A DNA stretch of 38,680 nucleotides from Escherichia phage vB_EcoS-613R10, in the sequence record ON470590. One strand, written 5' to 3'. Every line of letters begins with the position of its first letter. Position 1 is the first letter of the stretch. The position numbers and the translations under genes were made by a program. The notes below the pieces were generated by a model. It saw only the letters and a program-made list of their open reading frames with translations. It did no database searches and was not told where the DNA came from. Below, piece after piece: positions 9,445-17,887 of the stretch.

Positions 9445-9847
9445 AAAAACGGATCAAAAAGCGTTACCAGAGGAAGAGAAAGAGGAAGATATAAATACTT
9501 ATCTCCCCCTAAATCCCCCTCGCCAAAAACGAGCGTCTAAAAAATTCGAACCGGAGGCTATCGAGCTGCCTGACTGGTTGCCGGAAACACTCTGGCATGA
9601 GTGGGTTCAGTTCAGGCAGGCATTGCGAAAACCGATTCGAACGGAGCAGGGCGCTAACGGGGCGATACGGGAGCTGGAAAAATTCCGCCAGCAGGGTTTT
9701 TCACCTGAGCAGGTGATTCGACACAGCATCGCCAACGAATACCAGGGCTTGTTCGCGCCGAAAGGTGTTCGACCTGAGACGTTACTCCGACAGGTTAACA
9801 CCGTCTCGTTACCGGATAGTGCGATCCCGCCAGGCTTCAGGGGGTAA
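9059..9847 (+). CDS. ydaU: Replication initiation protein (lambda O-position, YdaU)
   Basis: 262 aa ORF directly upstream of the DnaC-like loader; contains the iteron-like repeats, as lambda O contains ori. Confidence 0.8.
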   Translation: MASNWIKLEVITPDKPEIFRLAEILNIDPDAALGKVIRFWAWADQQMIDGNAECNARGVTKSAIDRITFMAGFADALIQVGWLVETNGVLSLPNFERHNGKSSKKRAVTNERVTKIRELKRKGNAASVTKTDQKALPEEEKEEDINTYLPLNPPRQKRASKKFEPEAIELPDWLPETLWHEWVQFRQALRKPIRTEQGANGAIRELEKFRQQGFSPEQVIRHSIANEYQGLFAPKGVRPETLLRQVNTVSLPDSAIPPGFRG

Positions 9848-9853
9848 CTGACC

Positions 9854-10600
9854 ATGAAAAATATTGCGACAGGCGACGTTCTTGAACGTATCCGCAGACT
9901 GGCCCCGTCACATGTAACCGCGCCATTCAAGACGGTAGCGGAGTGGCGCGAGTGGCAACTTTCCGAAGGCCAGAAACGTTGTGAGGAGATCAACCGTCAG
10001 AATCGTCAGTTGCGGGTGGAAAAAATTCTGAATCACTCTGGCATCCAGCCATTGCACCGCAAATGCTCGTTTTCGAATTACCAGGTGCAGAACGAAGGGC
10101 AGCGATACGCGTTGAGTCAGGCGAAATCCATCGCTGATGAACTGATGACCGGGTGTACAAATTTTGCGTTCAGCGGAAAACCTGGTACCGGGAAGAACCA
10201 CTTAGCGGCAGCTATCGGGAATCGCCTGCTGAAAGACGGTCAGACAGTGATTGTGGTTACCGTGGCTGATGTTATGAGTGCCCTGCACGCCAGCTATGAC
10301 GACGGGCAGTCAGGCGAAAAATTTTTGCGGGAACTGTGCGAAGTGGATCTGCTGGTTCTTGATGAAATTGGCATTCAGCGCGAGACGAAAAACGAGCAGG
10401 TGGTACTGCACCAGATTGTTGATCGCCGGACAGCGTCGATGCGCAGCGTGGGGATGCTGACAAACCTGAACTATGAGGCCATGAAAACATTGCTTGGCGA
10501 GCGGATTATGGATCGCATGACCATGAACGGCGGGCGATGGGTGAATTTCAACTGGGAGAGCTGGCGTCCGAATGTCGTCCAGCCAGGAATTGCGAAGTAA
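9854..10600 (+). CDS. ydaV: DnaC-like helicase loader (AAA+ ATPase)
   Basis: 248 aa; Walker [16 protein letters not shown] and Walker [10 protein letters not shown]; recognised as YdaV. Confidence 0.9.
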   Translation: MKNIATGDVLERIRRLAPSHVTAPFKTVAEWREWQLSEGQKRCEEINRQNRQLRVEKILNHSGIQPLHRKCSFSNYQVQNEGQRYALSQAKSIADELMTGCTNFAFSGKPGTGKNHLAAAIGNRLLKDGQTVIVVTVADVMSALHASYDDGQSGEKFLRELCEVDLLVLDEIGIQRETKNEQVVLHQIVDRRTASMRSVGMLTNLNYEAMKTLLGERIMDRMTMNGGRWVNFNWESWRPNVVQPGIAK

Positions 10601-10622
10601 TTTTTACCGGGAGAAAAATTTA

Positions 10623-11384
10623 ATGGAGACTGTTTTTGACGTACTGAAAGCAATGGGAAAAGCCACATCCATAGAACTTGCTGCGCGACTTGATATCAGT
10701 CGTGAAGAAGTGCTGAACGAACTATGGGAACTGAAAAAGGCTGGTTTCGTTGATAAAAGCGCGTACACCTGGCGTGTGGCTGATAACAACGTTCAGCAGG
10801 AACAGCCAGCGCCGGCAGAACTGCCGGAAGAAACTACCACGGCAACAGTCGCGAAAATTTCAGAGAGCGATTTAACTGCGACGATTGAACAACGTGGACC
10901 ACAAACGGCGGATGAGCTGGCTACATTGTTTGGTACCACATCACGCAAAGTGGCTTCAACGCTGGCAATGGCAATCAGCAAAGGTCGTCTGCTTCGCGTA
11001 AATCAGGGCGGTAAATTTCGTTACTGCATACCGGGCGATAATTTACCAGCAGAGCCGAAAGCAGCATCGGTAGCGGAAACTGCTGGTAAGGCCTTTCCTC
11101 AGCCCGCAGGTGTTGCGTTACCAGTACAGGAGGCTGCAACACAGGAAGATATTAAAACAGAAACTGTGGCGGACATTGTGCAGTCGCTGCCATCGTTTAC
11201 TGAAACGCGAGCGGATGACCTGGTTTTACCATCACTGCATATGGCAAACCGCGAACTGCGTCGGGCGAAAAATCATGTCCAGAAGTGGGAGCGTGTCTGC
11301 GCCGCGCTGCGGGAGCTGAACAAGCACAGGGATATTGTACGACAGATTACTGATTCTTCCCGCCATGTTGCATCGGAAAAGTGA
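10623..11384 (+). CDS. Uncharacterised protein with two winged-helix-like repeats (YdaW-position)
   Basis: 253 aa from ATG at 10623 preceded by GGGAGAAAA; two internally similar segments ([30 protein letters not shown] and [30 protein letters not shown]). Confidence 0.6.
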   Translation: METVFDVLKAMGKATSIELAARLDISREEVLNELWELKKAGFVDKSAYTWRVADNNVQQEQPAPAELPEETTTATVAKISESDLTATIEQRGPQTADELATLFGTTSRKVASTLAMAISKGRLLRVNQGGKFRYCIPGDNLPAEPKAASVAETAGKAFPQPAGVALPVQEAATQEDIKTETVADIVQSLPSFTETRADDLVLPSLHMANRELRRAKNHVQKWERVCAALRELNKHRDIVRQITDSSRHVASEK

Positions 11385-11399
11385 TTGCCGGAGGCACCT

Positions 11400-11822
11400 A
11401 TGGCAAAAGTATTTACACCAGAAGAGCGGGAAAAAATTAAAGGGCAGGTTGTTGAACTTGTACGTCTGAGCGGTCGCGAGACGTTACGGGCTCTGGAGGC
11501 TAAAACCGGTGCATCAAGGTATTACATAAGCACTCTCGCCAGAGAACTGGTCGCCAGTGGTGATGTTTACAATTCAGGCTACGGATTATTCCCGTCTGAG
11601 CAGGCGCGTAAAGACTGGCAAAACGCCCGCAAAAAACTATCGAGGGCAAAGGTGAAGAAACCTGCTGTAGTTGATCCGGACCTTATCTGGTCATTACCAG
11701 ACGGAGAAATACGCCGCTATGACAGGCGTCTGAATATAATCTGTCGCGAGTGCCGGAAGAGCGAAGTCATGCAGCGTGTACTGGCGTTCTATCAGGGTAA
11801 TTTTCAGGATGTGCTGTTGTGA
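11400..11822 (+). CDS. Hypothetical protein
   Basis: 140 aa from ATG at 11400 preceded by GGAGG; no family recognised. Confidence 0.55.
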   Translation: MAKVFTPEEREKIKGQVVELVRLSGRETLRALEAKTGASRYYISTLARELVASGDVYNSGYGLFPSEQARKDWQNARKKLSRAKVKKPAVVDPDLIWSLPDGEIRRYDRRLNIICRECRKSEVMQRVLAFYQGNFQDVLL

Positions 11823-11983
11823 GCCAAATTAACAATCAGGGAACTGCGTGAACTGAAAGAGAAATCATAATCCAAATCTGAATAATTAAATTTAGCACTG
11901 TAAATAAAATTTAATCCTTAACCGGAGGGGGGGGCTGCACCCTCAAAATATTAGGAGGCGGCCCGAAAGGGCGGTAATGAAAA

Positions 11984-12487
11984 ATGACTGAATTAACCAA
12001 AAAGCAATTAATCGAAGAAGCTAAATTAAAAATAGCGATTGAGAAATGCCACCCCAATTCAGGGATGGCACGGGTAGAGGGCGAATTATTCAAAATTGCT
12101 CTGGCATCGCTGGAAGCAGAGCCAGTTGGTGATTTTTATGAATACAAACCGGATGACTGGTATCAGCGTTCGGCTGGAGATAAAGCGCCAAAATGGACGC
12201 CACCCTATGCCGTTTTTCCAGCGCCCGTAGTGCCGGAAGAAATGGATTTGCTTACATGCCATCTCGATGGTGTAACTGAAACATATGCTGAGGGATGGAA
12301 CGCTTGCCGCGCTGCCCTGCTTCAGGGCAAAGGGGAGCCCGGGAAACAAGTTCGCGAATTGACAATGCTGGTTAAACAATTGGTTAGTCAACTGAAGAAA
12401 CCGAAACCGGGCTGCAAATTGCCGGATAAAGTGATGGACTACCTGGAGCGAAGCGGACTTATAAGCGTGGAGGATGTTTTACGATGA
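11984..12487 (+). CDS. Hypothetical protein
   Basis: 167 aa ORF; an upstream ATG at 11977 is out of frame and stops after 4 codons; no family recognised. Confidence 0.55.
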   Translation: MTELTKKQLIEEAKLKIAIEKCHPNSGMARVEGELFKIALASLEAEPVGDFYEYKPDDWYQRSAGDKAPKWTPPYAVFPAPVVPEEMDLLTCHLDGVTETYAEGWNACRAALLQGKGEPGKQVRELTMLVKQLVSQLKKPKPGCKLPDKVMDYLERSGLISVEDVLR

Positions 12488-12567
12488 CCTGGCCTGAAGC
12501 ATTCACAACGGTAGGAATTGCGATGGCGGTGGCGCTGGTGGTGTATTCGATTTGCCGCTGGGGTTGA
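12484..12567 (+). CDS. Putative 27 aa hydrophobic peptide
   Basis: MTWPEAFTTVGIAMAVALVVYSICRWG; ATGA overlap with the stop of the upstream gene; single predicted membrane helix; too short to be certain. Confidence 0.35.
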   Translation: MTWPEAFTTVGIAMAVALVVYSICRWG

Positions 12568-12580
12568 TAATACTAAATAA

Positions 12581-12599
12581 CCAGCCCTTATGGGGCTGG
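12581..12599. terminator. Hairpin between convergent genes (terminator mainly for the minus strand)
   Basis: CCAGCCC-TTATG-GGGCTGG, 7 bp stem; on the minus strand it is followed by a T-rich run (TTATTTAGTATTA). Confidence 0.5.
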
Positions 12600-12607
12600 C
12601 TAATCAT

Positions 12608-13381
12608 TTAGAACTGTTCATTGCCATCGAGGTTAGGTAGCATAATTTTTTCAATCAAGGCGAGAGCCTTTTTGTCCCGGTCAGCGAAGTATTTCGGGGC
12701 ATATTGCGGCAACCAAATATTGTTAAAATGTTCTTTGAAATCTGCTAAATATTCATTTGGGTACAGCCTTGCAGGGTATACGCGACCATCGGGATATTCA
12801 TGGTCATAGGTAGGGAATGTTTTGGGTTCTACGTTTCTATTATCTCTTAACCATTGTGAAAATACTCTTCCTTGTGAAATGTCAGGAACCATTTTTTCTG
12901 GGAGTGTGTACCCTGCTTGTTCAAGAGGTGCAACCAAGTTGAATGTCAGTTCATTAAGAATAGAAAAGTGCGTGTGAGGAATTCTACTACGATTAACCAT
13001 GTACCGTTTTAAATGTACAGGCATTTCTGCTGTAGTTCTTTCCCCTGACATCCATTCACGAACCCATCTTGAAACCTGGACTGCAAATTTGGGCGATAGC
13101 CACTGCGCTAGATTAATAGCGATGTCAGGATGCACCCATGTCCCTTGGTTTTCAGGTCTTCCACCTTTAAATGATTGAATTAACTCCGATATGGGAATTC
13201 CCATATCGCGTGATAATTCGTCAAAAAACTCTTGAGTAGTTTTGAGTCTAGTGTAATCAGAGAGCAGTTTGCCCGCAGTTCTACACATTGATGTGGCGTT
13301 TATGTAACCATCTTTGGCACGTAAATGTATTATTTCGCCGTCAATTTCACGAGAAATCAAAGATAATTGAAAGGATGTCAT
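12608..13381 (-). CDS. KilA-N domain protein with uncharacterised C-terminal domain
   Basis: 257 aa; N-terminus (REIDGEIIHLRAKDGYINATSMCRTAGK) matches the KilA-N/APSES DNA-binding pattern from memory; C-terminal ~150 aa unrecognised. Confidence 0.7.
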   Translation of the reverse strand: MTSFQLSLISREIDGEIIHLRAKDGYINATSMCRTAGKLLSDYTRLKTTQEFFDELSRDMGIPISELIQSFKGGRPENQGTWVHPDIAINLAQWLSPKFAVQVSRWVREWMSGERTTAEMPVHLKRYMVNRSRIPHTHFSILNELTFNLVAPLEQAGYTLPEKMVPDISQGRVFSQWLRDNRNVEPKTFPTYDHEYPDGRVYPARLYPNEYLADFKEHFNNIWLPQYAPKYFADRDKKALALIEKIMLPNLDGNEQF

Positions 13382-13903
13382 TGAAAATTCCTCAAGTTGG
13401 AGAGTTCTGGAACATTAAGGCGAGGTGGCAGTAATGCACCATCTGTAATCTTTTGATACTGACGTAATCGGGCCTGATGTGCAACGCCTTGCAAGTATGT
13501 AACTCATTGAAAACGATCATTTTTATCTATTGACATCAAATGGCAAACTGTCATTGTGCGGCTATGGCAAGTGGCAAATGCTTATAAATCATATGGATAT
13601 AAATAGTACAGAAAGAGTTGTTTTCTCTAGGATATGAGTATACGCCCAATGCTGATTGGTTGAATTTTGTTCTTGTTTTAAAGGGTAAGAGTTTAAAGTG
13701 TTGGCAGTGATGTATTGGATAGTTAGAATTGCTGTGGGTGCTTGAGGCTATCTGCCTCGGGCATGAACACCAAAGGTAGATAGAGAAAAGCCCCAGTTAA
13801 CATTACGCGTCCTGCAAGACGTTTAACATTAATCTGAGGCCATATCTATGCGACACATAGAGATTAGCCTCTTACGGACCGAAAGGTCAAGGAGAAGCAG
13901 GCT

Positions 13904-14029
13904 ATGAAGCAGCAAAAGGCGATGTTAATCGCCCTGATCGTCATCTGTTTAACCGTCATAGTGACGGCACTGGTAACGAGGAAAGACCTCTGCGAGGTAC
14001 GAATCCGAACTGGCAGACGGAGGCTCTGA
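13904..14029 (+). pseudogene. hok-family type I toxin, C-terminally divergent/truncated relic
   Basis: Hand-translated MKQQKAMLIALIVICLTVIVTALVTRKDLCEVRIRTGRRRL (41 aa); the first 37 residues match HokD/RelF as recalled, then it diverges and stops early; SD AAGGAGAAG upstream; hok-like leader begins GGTGCTTGAGGCT near 13738. Confidence 0.6.
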
Positions 14030-14111
14030 TTCGTAGACTACTAATCTGAGTAAAAGACCCAGCGGGGAAAGAACCACGCCGGGACTAGTTAATAAGATAT
14101 TTATAGCGTGG

Positions 14112-14453
14112 CTATTCTTTTTTTGCGGTATAGACTTTTTCGCCTGAGAAGTCTGGAGCTACCCAAAAGTTAATATTAAACTGAGCATCATCGCTTAGTT
14201 CAACACGGTGCCAGTATTGTGGTGGGCTTGTTGCAAAAGCGCCAGCATTAATGACTACTTTTATCTCCGGTTCAGTAGCATTCTCATCAGCAAAACCATA
14301 ATATGTTACAGTACCTTCCATCACGCATAACTGTCCAAAAACACCTGCTGCTGTATTATGATGTGTTAATAACGCTGAAGGTACGTTCTCTTTTGTGAAG
14401 AACGGAGTTGAGCGTTTGATTACCCAGTCTTTAGGAATTCTCTTGTGTGTCAT
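14112..14453 (-). CDS. Small uncharacterised protein, possibly DUF1971/cupin-like
   Basis: 113 aa from ATG at 14453 preceded by GGAGGTGG; family assignment is a weak recollection. Confidence 0.55.
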   Translation of the reverse strand: MTHKRIPKDWVIKRSTPFFTKENVPSALLTHHNTAAGVFGQLCVMEGTVTYYGFADENATEPEIKVVINAGAFATSPPQYWHRVELSDDAQFNINFWVAPDFSGEKVYTAKKE

Positions 14454-15320
14454 AACCACCTCCCATAAAACATGCATTATAAATGCACCTTTTTGAGGGT
14501 TATGTCAAGCTGTTATGAAACACATAATTGATATGTTGATTAGAGGAGAAGATAGAATCAATATGGTTGTTTTTCGTATAACTATTTGTTTTACTTTTAG
14601 TTTGTGCATTCTGTGTGTTAGGAATAACTTATTAAAGTTTAACTAAAAAATCTCGATATAGTCCGCATAGATTACTGTTACTGAATCTTATTGTGTGCAT
14701 TAGTTGTGTTCTGAAATTTCAATTTAATTACTTATGATATATTTTTAACGATAAATGTTTTCCGGGTTAAAGACAGTGGGGGATGAGATAAGCAATATAT
14801 CATTAATCTTGATTATTTCCAGGATGCCTTTACTGTGCATATAAATAAATCATATACGCATCAAATAATGTAAAGGCATCCTTTTAGATATATCTTATCA
14901 AATGTTAATGATTTGAGTGGGAAACATGATTCCAGAAACTAATCATGCGGCTACTTTATAAAAATAATGCCCATATAAAACAGCCAGCGAAAAGGATTAC
15001 GGATAAAAAAGGAGCGAGATGTGCATAGTTGTTATTTTCCATGTTTAACCACCTTAAATAATTGATGATGACGGGATGTGCATCTGTAATGCTTTTGTTG
15101 AAATGTTATGATAAAAAAGAACTTTTTCATAACATTAAAATGTAATTTATCTAATCGTTTTTAATAATAAGTGTTGTATTTCTATCCTTGTATCAGCTAT
15201 TTGATATGTAGTGTTTGTTCATGTTATGTGGAGCTTTACACCATAGCCAGTTTATTTATACTTTATTCGTCAGCCTGAACAACTGGCATCTGCTGCACTG
15301 CGCCATCGAGAGATTGAGAA

Positions 15321-15920
15321 ATGGCGCATATACAACTGGTCAAACAAACCTCTTCTGGACTACTTCTCCCGGCGACGCCGGAGAGTTGCGATTTTTTGCA
15401 TCAAATCAAAATAGGCGAGTGGATACACGCAGACTTTAAGCGTGTGCGTAACTACGCATTCCACAAGCGTTTTTTCAAACTCCTGCAACTGGGATTCGAT
15501 TACTGGACTCCGGTCGGTGGGGCGATCACGCCTCGCGAACGAAAGCTGGTTTCAGGATTCGTTGATTACCTATGTGAATCAGTAGGCCGGGAACATACGC
15601 CAGCTCTGAGCGAAGCCGCAGAGCAATATCTGAATACAGTTGCGACACGCAGAACCCGGGATACGGCATTGCTAAAGTCGTTTGAGGCTTTCCGCGAGTG
15701 GGTAACCATTCAGGCCGGATTTTACACCGAGCATCTTTATCCTGATGGTAGCCATGGGCGTCGGGCGAAATCCATCGCTTTTGCGAATATGGACGAAACC
15801 GAGTTTCAGCAGGTTTATAAATCTGTTCTGAATGTGCTGTGGAACTGGATTCTGTTCCGTAAATTTTCCTCTCCGGAACAAGTCGAAAATGTGACCGCGC
15901 AGCTGCTGGAGTTTGCGTAA
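15321..15920 (+). CDS. DUF1367-family protein (YbcN-like, nin region)
   Basis: 199 aa; resembles DLP12 YbcN-type nin-region proteins from memory (MAxIQL...DFKxxRNYxF...LGFDYW). Confidence 0.65.
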   Translation: MAHIQLVKQTSSGLLLPATPESCDFLHQIKIGEWIHADFKRVRNYAFHKRFFKLLQLGFDYWTPVGGAITPRERKLVSGFVDYLCESVGREHTPALSEAAEQYLNTVATRRTRDTALLKSFEAFREWVTIQAGFYTEHLYPDGSHGRRAKSIAFANMDETEFQQVYKSVLNVLWNWILFRKFSSPEQVENVTAQLLEFA

Positions 15921-16210
15921 TGGTGGATTTACGTAAAGCGGCGCGGGGGCAGATGTGCACCGTCAGAATTCCTGGCTACTGCAATCACGATCCGGAAACG
16001 TCTGTGCTGGCGCATTACCGACTGGCGGGAACGTGCGGAACAGCGACAAAACCACACGATATGCAGGCGGCGATTGCCTGTAGCTCATGCCACGATCTAA
16101 TCGACGGGCGGGTAAAAACCAGCGATTACACCAAAGAAGAATTACGCCTGATGCATGCAGAAGGTGTTTTTCGCACACAAGAAATCTGGAGAAAGGAGGG
16201 ATATTTGTGA
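15920..16210 (+). CDS. DUF1364-family protein (YbcO-like, putative Zn-dependent nuclease)
   Basis: 96 aa; MxDLRKAARGxxCxVRIPGxCN...ACSxCHD pattern with conserved cysteines; start overlaps the upstream stop. Confidence 0.65.
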   Translation: MVDLRKAARGQMCTVRIPGYCNHDPETSVLAHYRLAGTCGTATKPHDMQAAIACSSCHDLIDGRVKTSDYTKEELRLMHAEGVFRTQEIWRKEGYL

Positions 16211-16749
16211 TTTACCCAACGAATACAGGAAAAAGCGGAGAACACCTTCGTCTCGCCACGCTGGAAAGTGTCTGGATTCAGGGCAAACTGCGTATGTGGG
16301 GGCGCTGGTCGTATATTGGCGGTGGCAGGTCAGGAAATATGTTCAATCAGTTGTTGGCATCCAAAAAATTGACGAAAACAGCCATCAATGAAGCCCTGCG
16401 CAGAATGAAAAAAGCGGGAATAGAGAAAGCTGAGCTGGAAGCGTTTTTGCGAGAGATGATCAACGGCAAGCAAAAGAGCTGGCTGGCGCATTGTACTGAT
16501 GCAGAGGCGTTATGTATTGATCGAGTCATAAGTGAGGTGCTGGCAGAGCATCCTGGATTGATTAGTGTCCTCCGGCAACGGTATGAAGGACGGGGGATGA
16601 CTAAGCGCAAAATGGCTGAATTGCTAAATGATGCACATCCTGAGTGGTGTTTTAGCACATGCGAAAAGCGAATTGCTAATTGGTTGGCTGTTGCTGAGTA
16701 TGCCCTATATATTCCCATGCGAGAATCATTTGCTCAAAAAATAGCTTGA
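16207..16749 (+). CDS. Putative late-gene antiterminator (Q-position)
   Basis: 180 aa from GTG at 16207, 6 nt after AAGGAGGG and overlapping the upstream stop; last gene before the late-promoter/terminator region; Cys pairs CTDAEALC and CFSTC. Function inferred from position only. Confidence 0.45.
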   Translation: MIYPTNTGKSGEHLRLATLESVWIQGKLRMWGRWSYIGGGRSGNMFNQLLASKKLTKTAINEALRRMKKAGIEKAELEAFLREMINGKQKSWLAHCTDAEALCIDRVISEVLAEHPGLISVLRQRYEGRGMTKRKMAELLNDAHPEWCFSTCEKRIANWLAVAEYALYIPMRESFAQKIA

Positions 16750-16832
16750 TTTTTTACGCATAAACTGCTTCAATTCCGGTATGCTTCGCAAAGCTGTATC
16801 GCGAGGCGAACCAAGCGCATGAACTTTACCAG

Positions 16833-16863
16833 AACCCGCCATTGAGCGGGTTTTGTTGTTTCT
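16833..16863 (+). terminator. Rho-independent terminator (tR'-like)
   Basis: AACCCGC-CATTGA-GCGGGTT followed by TTGTTGTTTCT; about 85 nt downstream of the Q-like stop. Confidence 0.6.
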
Positions 16864-16970
16864 GGTACTGGTGAACCTGATGTTTCATTTCTGGAGCGCG
16901 ATTCCTGGCGGAATACCTAGAATCGAGACATTCTGGTAAAATTGTTTTCAGTACAGGATGTGGAGGTGAG

Positions 16971-17540
16971 ATGAGAGAACTACCTAAAGATTATTTTTTA
17001 GGAGTAGATGATGAGCTCGTCGATTATCTTGAAAAACAAGGGGAAGAGACGATACGAGAGATTCATCTTTCTAACAAAACCAATGTTGAGAATGGATACA
17101 AACTTCTGAACATTCAGATTGTTGGAATTGGTTCATCTTTTTTATTGCTGACACAGAAAACTAATTTCGATTTTCTCACCGCCGGAATTACCACATTTAC
17201 ATTACTATGGACATGGTGCGCCATTTACTTGGTATGTACTGGTTTATCTGTGAAGGTTAGGGGCCTGATCAATGCCCCTCCTGATCATCTATATCATGAA
17301 AAATATAAGGATATGGAGCCCTCGAGCTTTAAAATATTCGCTGATGCAGGATATTTAGGACCTGATAAGTTATTGCCGCTTATACGAAGGTATCGCCTTG
17401 TTGACTTGAGTGATACAGCAAGAGAGTTACTGTTGGAAAATGAGAAAATCCGCACGAGTCTCGATAAAGCAAGGATGTATACCATCCTTGCTCCGGTAGC
17501 GGCGATGTTTATCTCGGCTGTTTTTTTATATGTTCAATGA
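16971..17540 (+). CDS. Uncharacterised membrane protein (moron between Q and holin)
   Basis: 189 aa; SD GGAGGTGAG; three hydrophobic segments (IVGIGSSFLLL, ITTFTLLWTWCAIYLVCTGL, ILAPVAAMFISAVFLYV); flanked by hairpin terminators. Confidence 0.7.
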   Translation: MRELPKDYFLGVDDELVDYLEKQGEETIREIHLSNKTNVENGYKLLNIQIVGIGSSFLLLTQKTNFDFLTAGITTFTLLWTWCAIYLVCTGLSVKVRGLINAPPDHLYHEKYKDMEPSSFKIFADAGYLGPDKLLPLIRRYRLVDLSDTARELLLENEKIRTSLDKARMYTILAPVAAMFISAVFLYVQ

Positions 17541-17670
17541 CTGAGTCGGCAGAATCTCCAACAAAAACACGACGTGTAGCAAAGTCTGTAGTACTTTGTG
17601 TTGGAGTTGGTTTTGGTGCCACGGGTTGCTGAGGTTTATTTTCACCTTGTGGTTTGTTTTTTTCAGACAT
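17509..17670 (-). CDS. Possible small Pro/Gln-rich protein convergent with the membrane gene
   Basis: 53 aa (MSEKNKPQGENKPQQPVAPKPTPTQSTTDF...) from ATG with SD AGAGGA 7 nt upstream; overlaps the 3' end of 16971-17540 by 32 bp; may be spurious. Confidence 0.3.
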   Translation of the reverse strand: MSEKNKPQGENKPQQPVAPKPTPTQSTTDFATRRVFVGDSADSVIEHIKKQPR

Positions 17671-17764
17671 AAAAATCCTCTTTGTTTGAATTGTTACTTT
17701 TGGCGATTTAACGATATCAAACACGAGTATATACCGCCAGAAGCTTAATCTGGCACTCCATCTG

Positions 17765-17789
17765 GCCCCGGCATGTCCCGGGGCTTTTT
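17765..17789 (+). terminator. Rho-independent terminator upstream of the holin
   Basis: GCCCCGG-CATGTC-CCGGGGC followed by TTTTT. Confidence 0.6.
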
Positions 17790-17887
17790 CGTTGTTAGGC
17801 TCTGGAAACATCCTCGACTTCTTGTTAGCAAGCCTGAGAGCCTGAATCTTACACTTAGCACCATCCGAACTCTCGGAGGTGAGGCTT

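Noticed and set aside
9607-10201. Minus-strand ORFs (128 aa, 97 aa) over ydaU/ydaV
   Set aside because: Antisense to two well-supported replication genes.
16087-16206. Upstream extension of the Q-like ORF to an ATG at 16087
   Set aside because: Would overlap the preceding DUF1364-like gene by 123 nt; a GTG at 16207 with a strong SD 6 nt upstream gives the standard coupled arrangement.
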